Origin: Octopus sinensis
Lineage: Eukaryota
Assembly (NCBI RefSeq): GCF_006345805.1
Contig: NW_021831285.1
Coordinates: 124,001-188,000, forward strand
Length of the DNA stretch: 64,000 bases
Reading direction: 5' to 3'
Shown in pieces: positions 13,610 through 25,100 of this stretch. Every line of letters starts with the position of its first letter. Position 1 is the first letter of the stretch. Both the position numbers and the translations under genes were made by a program. The notes below the pieces were generated by a model. The model was not told the DNA's origin. It saw only the letters and a list, made by a program, of their open reading frames with translations, and did not search any database.

Positions 13610-13789
13610 GGTTACATTAAACCAGGTAGTTTTATACATCTACATAAACTTATAGTTGTTTGATGAAACAGGCCCTCCGCAGGAGCTAGGTCGCGGTGAG
13701 CGAAGCGAGCTGCCGAGCTAGTTTATTTTAAAAATAAGAATCCTCGAATATGTAATTAGCATCATCTTAAAAAAAATTAATTTTAATGT

Positions 13790-15480
13790 AAACTAATAAT
13801 TAGACGACTCTCAAATTTTTGCTTCCCGAGTTCCCCATAACTCCACTTTGATCTTCCCCGCCATGATCCTCAATCTCCTCCTGGGGCATGCAGTCTCTGG
13901 GCCTCTTAAGGGACTTGCTGATCTTCATAGAAAAATTATATTTCCGCCAGTCCCTATTTACGGAATTTGCAGAGTCCAGAATTTTACTGAAGCCATGTTT
14001 GTACTCGACAAACATGCTCTCCAGAGTGGCCTTCAGCGTTACAGTCTGGATGTAAGACCGAACACGTTCTTCAATCCCAAAAAGCTCCATGTACTTGCGG
14101 TAGATTGTTGAAACGATTCCATCCCACGTAGTGACAATTGGCACAATCTTCACCTTAGCCTTGTGAATCAGTTGTAATTCACTAGCTAAAATGTCGTATT
14201 TTTCTACTTCCACACTCTTTAGGTTATCTATTGAAGTCACACCCACTTCAATAAGCCATATTAGGTTCTCTCTTTTGTCGTAGAGGAAAATGTCGGGTTT
14301 GTTATATTGAATTTTCAACTCTGTTGGAATTGTTGTATCAACTCGTATTTCTGCCAAGGTGTTGCACATAATACTCTGGACAGAGTGATTTTTCAGTCTT
14401 CTGGATTTTTTGAATCCAAATCTACCGCACAAGTGCATGTGGATGCATCTCACAATTTCATTGTGTCTTCTCGTATAATCCGAATTAAGCATCCTGTTGC
14501 ATCTAGTTGCCATGTGATCAACCGTCTTATTGGAAGATTTACAGTGTGAACATTTTGAATTAGGGTCTCTAAAAAAAATATTCCTGTCTTGAAGAAATGA
14601 AAACATAGCTTCAGATTTAGGAGATATATTTCCTTTCTTAAGCCATGTTGAAGACGATTGAATATCAAAATTGTTATCATCAAGGGATTCAAATAGCTTC
14701 GAGTGAAGTGTTTCTTCTTGATATTGGACAGTAAGGAATCAATCTGCAATCTACTCAGTGATTTGGTTATCTCTCCTTGGGTGTTCGTTCCATATTTACA
14801 ATGCAGGAATTCTGTGATCGTGGCCATATGGGACTTTCTTTTCTGCTCGGCCCACAGAATTGCTGCCTTTCTTGGGGAGATTAACTTTCGCCTCTCCAGA
14901 TTTTCACGAAAGTCAAACAGCATTTTTTCCGACCTGAAGGTAATCGAGGCAAGCCCTCTTCCAAGTTTATCCCTCGGCAAATATAGCACTCCTTACAGGC
15001 TGGTTTCATATGAATATTTAGATCAATTAACAGCTTCCTGACAAATTTGTCAATTTCATCAAAAGCGGACGGTTCCAAATCCAGAAGGCCGATATAATAA
15101 TTGTACAAAGATAAAGCATGTTCATTAATTGCCTTAAACAAATTCACCGAATTTAGTTTCGTCTTCGACAATCTTTCGATACGTTGTTGAACCCCAATCC
15201 GTAAATTTTTCAAAGTCGATATCAGCTGGGGAGGTCCAGTGAGTGAATTTCCAGAGGAATAAGGACGACCATGAACATTTAAATCTACTCTTCCATTACA
15301 ATTTTCACTATTATTTTGAGTAGATGCGTCCATAGATATGGTTATTCCATTTTGTAACCCAACCATCCGTACACCACAAGAAATTTTTTTTCTTGTTGTA
15401 ATTAGCATAATCATAGCCAACTAAATTATCTACAATGACTTTGTTCGGATCATACTACCTTTTTCTGTAGTCAGCAGCTA
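13790..15480 (-). mobile_element. R4/Dong-like non-LTR retrotransposon, 3' part (restriction-like endonuclease)
   Basis: LYLPRDKLGRGL, CCHC knuckle (CSHC...HMATRC), YTRRHNEIV, KPDI...IEV, KYDIL, TWDG. Frameshifted. Confidence 0.88.
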
Positions 15481-15744
15481 AACAATTGAATATACACATG
15501 TGTTTTCTAATTCATGTGTTAAACTGATAATTTTTTTGGAAAAGTGAATTTATATTATTAAAAAACGTTCACAATCAATTTACACTTTTTTATTGTAGTG
15601 GGACCGAATAAACGCTACGAAACTCGACATCCCATCCGGAGAATCTACTTCCATGTGGAGTCCGTATGTGATGAGATGTCCCTTTTTAGAATTTTTTTTG
15701 TTTTTTTTTTTAAAAAAAATTAAGTATATAAAGACCAAATAAAG

Positions 15745-16584
15745 GGTACATATGTAGTAGTTGGCGGCCACTTTTTAGCGAATTTTAAAAAAACTATATT
15801 TTTTTTAGTTAAAAAAATATATAATTAAAAATAATACAATATAAAAATAATAAAATCCCACGCTACTTTAATTTAAATGAGAAGTGAGGTCAATCTATTC
15901 AATCTACCCACAAATATGTCAGAAGCTATCAATTTCATGCAATCCAGAGGAATCATCCCAAAAAAAAGTGTGTCGCAACGGACACCAAATGACTTTAAAC
16001 ATTGGCAGCTCTCCGGCTTGGAATTGCTAGGTGTGCGTAAATTTATAATATAATAGGCGGTGAAGGAATGATTGTGGAAATTGACGAAAGTCATTTTTCA
16101 AAAAGGAAATACAACAGAGGCAGAATGTTGCCTGAGCAATGGGTTTTCGGCGGAATCTGCAGAGAAACGAACCAATGCTTCTTAGAAGCAATACCTGACA
16201 GAACAATGAAGACCCTTACGAAGGCTATTCTTGAGAATGTAGAAGAAGGCACCATTCTCATATCAGACTGCTGGAAGGGTTATTCAACAAAAGATCTTCA
16301 GGATGCAGGATATCAGCACCTGCAAGTGAATCACAGATATTGTTTTGTTGATCCAACTACGGGTGCACACACCCAACATAAGAATTTGAAACAATCATGG
16401 AGTGCATTGCCTTACATTGTCCCCCAGAATCAAAACTAAAATAAAAAAAATAATTAATAATTTTGTATAAAAATAATTAATTTTTTTATAGTAATATTAT
16501 TTAAAAAAGGTAATTATTCACCAAAAAAAATATAGTTTTTTTAAAATTCGCTAAAAAGTGGCCGCCAACTACTACATATGTACC
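15745..16584 (+). mobile_element. Merlin (IS1595-like) DNA transposon, internally deleted, intronless
   Basis: ~60-bp perfect TIR starting GGTACATATGTAGTAGTTGGCGGCC. TSD AAATAAAG at 15737-15744 and 16585-16592. Empty site near 25755-25762. Motifs GGEGMIVEIDES, WVFGG, SDCWKGY, VNH, FVDP. Confidence 0.95.
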
Positions 16585-16599
16585 AAATAAAGTTTTAAT

Positions 16600-17450
16600 T
16601 AATTAGTATGACCCTAGGATAGCGTGTGAATTTCCGCGGACAATTGCACACGAAATCCTCTGGAAGAGCCACGACGTCTCCCGCGGATCACCTGTTTTTT
16701 TGGTGATTAGACCACCCAATCTTCGAATGAACGAAAAACTCTCTGTTCCAAAGACTCTGGAAGTCTCCACAGCGATCGGCTGGAAAAGATATCTGTCTGC
16801 CAGGAAAGAGTATTTCTTTTTCTTCAACTCTTCAGAACGTTTTGCAGCAGAGCCAGGAAAGGATGCCGAACTTCCGAATGAAGAAGGTCCAAACGTGTCA
16901 GGGCAGGTAAAATCCCAAACAAGTGCTTTCCCTCTCGTGTACGGGTAGATGGTTACGCCGTCTGGGCGTTTGCCATCCCCTCTATCGAGACCAGCTGGTT
17001 CGAGTTGAGAGTGGAATCCGGCAGCGTCCATGGCCCTTTTGATGATGTCATTGGCGGCGGAATGTCGGGGAAAACGACCGGCACTACGAGTGCAAGAAAG
17101 TGGGTGCCTTCCCAATGGACCAATCCTCTTTCCACATTTGCAGGGGTGTGGGGTGCACATCGGTAAGCCGAGACGTAGACATAGGCCGATCCTAATGGTA
17201 TCGTCGTCCAGTTTACAGCCGGTAGACGCAATAGGACAAGCGCTTATCCAGGAGCCAGAATTGGGTTGTGCACCCGATCTGAGACATATGATCCGTTCTT
17301 GGTCCATGCACAGTTCGATAACTCTGTAAGTCTCCCTGCACCAGATTTCGTCCCAATGTCTCTGTGAAGATTCCACTTCGGGGAGTCTCAGACCAAGGCT
17401 TTTTAGAATTAGCATATCAATACAGTCGAGTAAGATGATGTCCGGCTTGC
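16600..17450 (-). mobile_element. CRE-like non-LTR retrotransposon, 3' fragment (RLE domain)
   Basis: SGSWISACP, LCLRLGLP, CKCG...H...C, RH, KRPDG, WDFTC, ELKKKKY, PIAVET, QRISCAIVRGN. Confidence 0.85.
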
Positions 17451-17474
17451 TATTCTCGATATACTCCTATGGTA

Positions 17475-17755
17475 CAGCGATACAAATAAAAAACGGAACA
17501 CTCATTTTCTCGATTTTTTTCTATTGAATGCATGATTTATTTTAACAAAAATAGAATTTTTAGAAGACAAACATAACTTTAGCCTTAAAAAAATAAAAAC
17601 AACTTATATTTCGGACCGTAATTAAATCCAGTTTTGTCTAAACAAAATAAAAAAGAGAACAAAATAAAATTCTCTATTTTTACAGAGTTATAAAAAAAGC
17701 ATTATATAGAAAGAAATTGAGAAATTGGCTGTTCCGTTTTTTATTTGTATCGCTG
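17475..17755. mobile_element. Tc1/mariner-type MITE
   Basis: Perfect 26-bp TIR CAGCGATACAAATAAAAAACGGAACA flanked by TA on both sides. Duplicate at 26644-26924. Confidence 0.92.
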
Positions 17756-17788
17756 TATATTATTTTTTGTTTGAGAGTCATTTTCCAA

Positions 17789-18010
17789 TTATGCAATTCC
17801 ATCTGCTTCAACAATCGCAACTTTTTCTCATTTTTCAATCTCAAAGGAAATTCCTGTTAAAACAGACGGTCACCGTAGATCTTATAGAGGTCTTTGACAT
17901 ATTCTAATAAACAAACCACAAAACAGTTTTAGTAAAGTAATCGCGCTGGTGTTACCCTCTTTTGGATGCGTTTTTTAATCGCTTCCAGTTGCCTCTCTAC
18001 CTCGATAGTT
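17789..18010 (-). pseudogene. Decayed ABC ATPase (ABC-F-like) fragment
   Basis: With two 1-nt frameshifts it reads RQLEAIKKRIQR...LLE/VKDLYKIYGDR/VLTGISFEIEK*EKVAIVEADGIA, resembling an NBD N-terminus up to a degenerate Walker A. Cut off next to the MITE. Duplicate at ~26958-27180. Confidence 0.5.
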
Positions 18011-18483
18011 CTTTTAGGACCTCAATGTCATTTTCCGATGTCAGCCCTTTTCCAATCAAGGTTTTGATGTAAAACGGATGGAAGCCTATTTCTTGATCTT
18101 CCTCTAAAAGATGAGGAGTGTAAAAGTATTTCATCGGAGGACATTATTAAAAAATTAATATTCAAAAAATCATTAATCGTTTGAGAATGTAAATATATGT
18201 GAGATAAATAAAAAATTCTATTATATTTTTGCAGAAAAACAGAACAGCCAGAAACTTTTATCACTTTTCCTATTCACAAAAACTGCTGTCGAAATGTAAA
18301 CGAACCCATCCATGCCACAAGCGACCCTAGACTTAGCAATATAAAGACTCTATATCGACTCAAAGGCTCGGGACACTTTTTTCTTGTAAAAAATGAAATT
18401 AATATTTCGGATCAATTAATTATTGTGTTGAATATTAATCTTATTTATAATTCAAAAATAAAATACATTTGGCTCCTGTTTAG

Positions 18484-20791
18484 ATGGTTCGTTCGTCATC
18501 AATTTGCAAAGTAAATGAAATTATAATGAATATGGAAAATTTACTAAGCTGCAACCTCTGGTAGTTACAGGCTTTAAATTTTTAGTTCTAATTACTTGTT
18601 GAAGGCAGTCATTATTCACTGTGGACATTCATTTTGCCAGTATTGAGTTATATATAGTTCATATAGCGAGTGTGTTGACATGCCAGCTGACCACCTTGAC
18701 TATTACTGTCCTGTCTGTTCCCACAAATACACGCACAAGTAATCAGTGGTCATGTTTCAGTTCTGCCTGGAATGACGTAATCATTTCTGATTTGGCAGCA
18801 AAATTGCAGAAAATTAAAAAAACTGTGAAAGAAGAAATCAAAGGAAAATGTTTTGTCTTTTTATATTGTTAGCATTCAAGGCTGAATTATCATCACTTCC
18901 AGTTATAAAAAGAAATAAAGTGATCAAATGCACTAAAAATAATTCAAAAAAACTACACGAGGTGGAAAACTCTCACAATCAATCACTCAATGACACTTTG
19001 ACCAATCAGAAAGACAGTCAAATTAGCTATTTGGGCACAATTCCTATGGGCAGTAAAAATTGTTACAAAAATTATAAAAACCCAATCGTCGTCAGGAATG
19101 CAACTTTAGACGATTGGATTGATTCCACTAATCACAACTCGACTGTCCAAGCCGATGAAAACTCTCACATTTTCCACTCATTGACCAACGAAGAATCCCG
19201 TTTTGAAAATTTGAGTTTTCCAAACAACAAACAGACTGATTTCTCCTCTGTTATACATGTTGACTCTGTCTCTTCTCGTTTTGAAAATTTGAGTTTTCCA
19301 AGCCACAAACAGAAGGTTGTCTCCCCTGTTATATATAATGACTCCGTCTCTTCTCGTTTTGAAAAATTGAGTTCTCCAAACAACAAACAGACTGATGTCT
19401 CCACTGTTATACATGATGACTCCGTCTCTTCTCGTTTTGAGAATTTGAGTTCTCCAAGCAACAAACAGAATGATGTCTCCACTGTTATACATGATGACTC
19501 CTCTCTTCTCGTTTTGAGAATTTGAGTTCTCCAAGCAACAAACAGAATGATGTCTCCACTGTTATACATGATGACTCCTTCTCTTCTCGTTTTGAGAATT
19601 TGAGTTCTCCAAGCAACAAACAGAATGATGTCTCCACTGTTATACATGATGACTCCTTCTCTTCTCGTTTTGAGAATTTGAGTTCTCCAAGCAACAAACA
19701 GAATGATGTCTCCACTGTTATACATGATGACTCCGTCTCTTCTGGACAGAAGATCTTGGAATTAGTTGATGAGTCCTTCAATAAGGAACTTACTCTTGTC
19801 ACTACCGACAACTTTGATTCTCAAATGGGCAATGGAATGGGAATAGAGGACATGTCTCAAGACCTGTTTGAATCCGACTCCCAAAATGGGGGACTGTGAG
19901 AATATATAGTTCTAATTATAGAGAAATAAACCACGATGTATTAGAAACGGTTTTCGTCACTTCCACCTCTCCTCGGACGTCTGATCACAAGTACGCTGAC
20001 TCTCAGACCACTCCGAGTTCAGTGGGGAAGGAGAACTATTCCTTGGTCTCCTCTGGTCTCGGTTCTGAGATTGTTGTAAGCTTTATATGTCCAGATTATT
20101 TAAAATAGCAACAAATTCTCCATTTTTCAGACTTTTTTGGAGTGAGTTATAGCACTAGTTTTAATGCGAATGTGACATCCCATGTGGTCGTTGAAGGTCG
20201 GCATTGTGACCTTATTTTGTCCAGGTTCCTCTGGACTGTGCAGTCGTACTCTCAAATACTTGAATGGAGTGGCACAGGGTTGCTGGGTTGTCGACTCAGC
20301 CTGGGTTATTGACAGTCTTGTACACAAAAAATGGATTTCTGAGGTTGAACTGGTCTGTTTGGAATTCGAAGGAGATTTATGAAGTTATCGGAGACACTGA
20401 TTTCGGGAAGCTGCATTATGGGCCAAAGAAGAGTCGGGTTGATAGCAAAAGGTTGTTTGAGGGGATGGAAATATGCTGTGTTGGGAGTTTTTCCATGATT
20501 TTGTTGGGTTTGTTTGTTGCGGGGATTTGTAGAGGACTTGAATTGTCTCGTCATGCTTGCTGGTGCAAGTTTGGGGGATTTTTCGAACATGTCCAATTCG
20601 TTTCGAAAGTCGGTGGTTGTTGTTGAGGTCATCGACGAGTTCATTTTGCCGAATTTGATTCGTACGTGGTTTTGTGTATTTTAGGCTATCGTGACGAAGG
20701 CAGGGTTCATTTGGTTGTTCTGGAATGGCTATTGGATTCCATTTCACTCCATCAACTCAGGCCGTTTTCTGAATATTCACTCGATTTGTAG
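18484..20791 (+). CDS. BRCA1: BRCA1-like protein (RING + tandem BRCT), ~682 aa after correcting one 1-nt deletion near 19500
   Basis: Ten GT-AG introns: 18561-18585, 18640-18666, 18739-18760, 18850-18872, 19896-19921, 20076-20108, 20197-20224, 20344-20371, 20508-20532, 20662-20684. RING CNLC...CGHSFCHEC...CPVC. BRCT motifs VSSGL, SRTLKYLNGVAQGCWVV, GPKKSR, LFEGMEICCVGSF, EWLLDSI. Confidence 0.92.
19205..19743 (+). repeat. 78-bp (26-aa) coding tandem repeat in BRCA1, 7 units
   Basis: Units start at 19205, 19283, 19361, 19439, 19516, 19594 and 19672; consensus ENLSSPSNKQNDVSTVIHDDSVSSRF. The second BRCA1 copy has 4 units. Confidence 0.95.
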
Positions 20792-21472
20792 TATTTATTT
20801 TAAAATGATTTATTTGGTAAGAGCTCGTCGAGGAGACATTTATTAGGTTAGGATGTCTACCGTCGTTAATTTGATAAAGATTTGTAAAGATATTTGTGTT
20901 TCCCGCGCTGGTCACAAGCAGGATGGTGACTTGTGTATACTTAACAGGTCGATTTACACATTTTGACATTAAATTAAAAACGAAAATAATTTGATATAAA
21001 AAGGGTTTAGCGTCATTTTAATTAAAAAATGATATTTTTAAAAGATGTTATATAATCTTAGTTTTTCTTAAAAATGCCACTGAATACCAAAATCTTGTAA
21101 ATCTACTGCTCCGACAATTAGAATTGACTACATTTAAATTCCAAAAATACAAACTTATAAAAAACCAAATCAAATCGTGAAAATTGATGATTAGTATATT
21201 TGCTATTTACAATTCATAGTCTTTATCTGTTGGAACAGAATAACAAAGACACACTTTTTTGGACTGAAGTCGTTTATTTAATGAAAAGATAAGAAAATAA
21301 GTAGAATATTGCAGACTTGAGGGTGAAAGAAAGGATTTGGCCTATTTTATGCAGAAATGAATTGCTGAATAAACTCTGCGTCCTGAGGAAAATGGTTAAT
21401 GCAGCAGCACGTTCGGGATGAAGAGTGTGAGTAATGAGGTGGACCCACCTTTTGATTTGAAAGAGGAGGCAG

Positions 21473-22110
21473 TGTAGAAAGTGAGTTTTTATAAAAAGTT
21501 GTAAATAAAACGAAATAAAATTTTTCGTTTCGTTTAAATTATTTTTATCATTTTCATTTTATGTATCACTATTCACAATTTTCATGTTTATTGGTTCTTC
21601 AGATCTTTTTTTATTTTAAAACAATTGATATGAAGACATTTTCAAATTCTGATAAACATTATGAACGGTAGTGGTACTAATACAATTTTTCTTGTAATCG
21701 TTTTGAATATTTTTAATTCTGCACATGTTTACACGCGTACTCATTTTGTGGCGTTTTTTATAGTGTGTGTTTAATAAGAGCGAATTGCAAATACTCCTTG
21801 ATACTGTTCCCTATGTGGCCAAAGCTTCAACTATTTATTTTAAAATTTTAGCAAGTATCGAGACATTAATATTTTTGATTACATTTTTTCCATATCTTGA
21901 AACATTTCAATCATTATTATGTCTTATAATCATTTCATCTCCTACGTTTATATTTTCCTCATCATATCGCCATTTTCTTTATTTTCTCTCCGATTTTTGA
22001 AGATTTTCCAGAATCTTCATATTTTTCTGTTCATTTTCCGAGCATTCATTTTTTTCGTAATTATTTCTTTTGGGTCAGTTCCATCGAATGCCATTAATGC
22101 GTTTATTTTA
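21473..22110 (-). mobile_element. Decayed Ginger-like (integrase) element, 3' fragment
   Basis: KWRYDEENINVGDEMIIRH resembles the integrase C-terminus at 47617. Terminus begins TGT at 21473. Duplicate at 30406-31040. Confidence 0.45.
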
Positions 22111-25100
22111 TCAATGTTAGGAAAATGGGTAAAATTTTCTTTTCTGATTTGAGATATCCATAATTCCAACTTCATTATGAAAGCATTTATTGAACTGATC
22201 ATATCGATAATATATCTATTCTTTCCCTGTAATTCTAAACTGAGTTCATTCAGTTTGCTGGTAATATCGGTTAAAAATGCCAAGTTTATTAGCCAATCAG
22301 GATTTTCAAGAAAATGCCAATTCTTGTTGTTTTCTTTAGAAAATTCTTTAATGTATGATAATAATTCTATGAAACGACTGAGAATTAATCCCTTGCTTAA
22401 CCATCTTATGTCACAATGTAAAGGTAGATCGCCATAGATTGCATCGACTTGTTCTAGAAAAAGTCGAAATAATCTTCTTTGTAGGGGCTTGGCTCGGATG
22501 GAATTAATAATTTTAACTGTTGTCTCCATAACATAGTTGAAATTTAACATTTTCCCACATAATGCATGTTGGTGAATGATGCAATGATATGATAAAAATT
22601 TCGGAAAATGTTCATCTTTCCGACAAAATGCAATAAATCCATTTTGATTCCCAATCATTGCAAGGGCTCCATCTGTTGTTATGGATACAAGTTTCTTCAT
22701 TAACGGTAATAATTCGAATGATAACAAAAACGTTTTGAAAGAATTATAAATATTTTCACCAGTTGTTCTTTCTTTCATAGGTATAATAGCAAATAACTCT
22801 TCCTTGACAGTTAGATCATGGAAGATTAAACGGGAAAATACACATAGATGGGCGATATCAATAGCATCGTTTGATTCGTCAAACTGTAGAGAAAAACACG
22901 AACATGCGTAAAGATCCTTTTTTAACTGCGAAAGAAGATTTTCAGAAATGCTTTCAGCCCTTCTGACAATTGACTGTTTTGAGAGCTGAAGCTCTTTGAT
23001 GCAATTTGAAATTTCCTGTTTATTTTTCATACCATCAAATAGTGAATCGGCAGCTTCTAAAAAACAAGATTTTAAAATTTCCCCATCAGTGAAAGGTTTT
23101 TTGTGTTTTACGACTAGACTAGAATCTAGACTCTAGATTTACATAGATTGTATAATCTTTCATTTGAGATTTTCCTTGCCCAGAAGATTCCGATCAATAT
23201 ACGGATTTGATTCCTATGAAATGGATCTAACTTCACTAAATCATTTTTGAGGTTCTCCATGTTCCAAAATTATAGAGCAGGACTTTTATGTGGATACAAA
23301 AGTTGAATGTTCAACGTCAAGGAACAACGGATTGTGACATTTTTGACGAAATGAGAAAATATGCCTTGATGGTATCCTTCAAGCGTAGTGTGGATACTCC
23401 GCTTAGCGACTTTGAGGCAAACTCGACTGAGACAATCGTTTTTTTGCCAGAACAGAGAATAAAGACTTTCTATAATGATGATAATTAGATGTTTTTGGAG
23501 ACGGTGAACAATGCAAAGAAGCCATGTTAAGTTTCATATCAAGACCTCTTTCCTTAACCACATAACATCCATTTAGAATTTCCACATCCAGCTGAAGTGG
23601 CGAGAGTTCTCAGCTGAGTCGTTCTAATGCACTTCATGAAGCGACTTTTAGAAGTTTACTATCCCAGAATTGATAAAATATATTGTTACCTCTATAGAAT
23701 TATCAGAATATTCAATATTCTGTAATTGAAATAATTTATTTTAAAAATAAGAATCCTCGAATATGTAATTAGCATCATCTTAAAAAAATTAATTTTAATG
23801 TAAACTAATAATTAGACGACTCTCAAATTTTTGCTTCCCGAGTTCCCCATAACTCCACTTTGATCTTCCCCGCCATGATCCTCAATCTCCTCCTGGGGCA
23901 TGCAGTCTCTGGGCCTCTTAAGGGACTTGCTGATCTTCATAGAAAAATTATATTTCCGCCAGTCCCTATTTACGGAATTTGCAGAGTCCAGAATTTTACT
24001 GAAGCCATGTTTGTACTCGACAAACATGCTCTCCAGAGTGGCCTTCAGCGTTACAGTCTGGATGTAAGACCGAACACGTTTTTCAATCCCAAGGAGCTCC
24101 ATGTACTTGCGGTAGATTGTTGAAACGATTCCATCCCACGTAGTGACAATTGGCACAATCTTCACCTTAGCCTTGTGAATCAGTTGTAATTCACTAGCTA
24201 AAATGTCGTATTTGTGCAGTTTTTCTACTTCCACTCTTTAGGTTATCTATTGAAGTCACACCCACTTCAATAAGCCATATTAGGTTCTCTCTTTTGTCGT
24301 AGAGGAAAATGTCGGGTTTGTTATATTGAATTTTCAACTCTGTTGGAATTGTTGTATCAACTCGTATTTCTGCCAAGGTGTTGCACATAATACTCTGGAC
24401 AGAGTGATTTTTCAGTCTTCTGGATTTTTGAATCCAAATCTACCGCACAAGTGCATGTGGATGCATCTCACAATTTCATTGTGTCTTCTCGTATAATCCG
24501 AATTAAGCATCCTGTTGCATCTAGTTGCCATGTGATCAACCGTCTTATTGGAAGATTTACAGTGTGAACATTTTGAATTAGGGTCTCTGAAAAAAATATT
24601 CCTGTCTTGAAGAAATGAAAACATAGCTTCAGATTTAGGAGATATATTTCCTTTCTTAAGCCATGTTGAAGACGATTGAATATCAAAATTGTTATCATCA
24701 AGGGATTCAAATAGCTTCGAGTGAAGTGTTTTCTTCTTGATATTGGACAGTAAGGAATCAATCTGCAATCTACTCAGTGATTTGGTTATCTCTCCTTGGG
24801 TGTTCGTTCCATATTTACAATGCAGGAATTCTGTGATCGTGGCCATATGGGACTTTCTTTTCTGCTCGGCCCACAGAATTGCTGCCTTTCTTGGGGAGAT
24901 TAACTTTCGCCTCTCCAGATTTTCACGAAAGTCAAACAGCATTTTTTCCGACCTGAAGGTAATCGAGGCAAGCCCTCTTCCAAGTTTATCCCTCGGCAAA
25001 TATAGCACTCCTTACAGGCTGGTTTCATATGAATATTTAGATCCATTAACAGCTTCCTGACAAATTTGTCAATTTCATCAAAAGCGGACGGTTCCAAATC

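Larger units (their letters stand above)
8669..13721 (+). mobile_element. Non-autonomous Helitron (5053 bp)
   Basis: Starts TC and ends CTAG after a GC-rich imperfect hairpin. Inserted between A and T with no TSD; the empty site TGAAATAA|TTTATTTTAAAA is at ~23727-23746. A (TGTC)n microsatellite lies near the 5' end and the Pif1-like helicase C-terminus near the 3' end. Confidence 0.92.

Noticed and set aside
16700-17329. Plus-strand and alternative-frame ORFs over the CRE-like, R4-like, RTE and LINE elements
   Set aside because: They are antisense or off-frame shadows of the transposon ORFs.
18844-18872. Non-canonical GA-AG intron in BRCA1
   Set aside because: A canonical 23-nt GT-AG intron (18850-18872) gives the same frame.
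20843-20852. TTAGGTTAGG as telomeric repeat
   Set aside because: Only two units; expected by chance.
20937-20948. ATACTTAACAGG as a U1 snRNA 5' end
   Set aside because: It mismatches ATACTTACCTG, and no U1 stem-loops or Sm site are recognisable.
21180-21470. Coding-like stretch (IADLRVKERIWPILCRNELLNKL...) as a gene
   Set aside because: There are in-frame stops, no consistent intron solution and no recognisable family; it may be a relic cut by the Ginger-like element.
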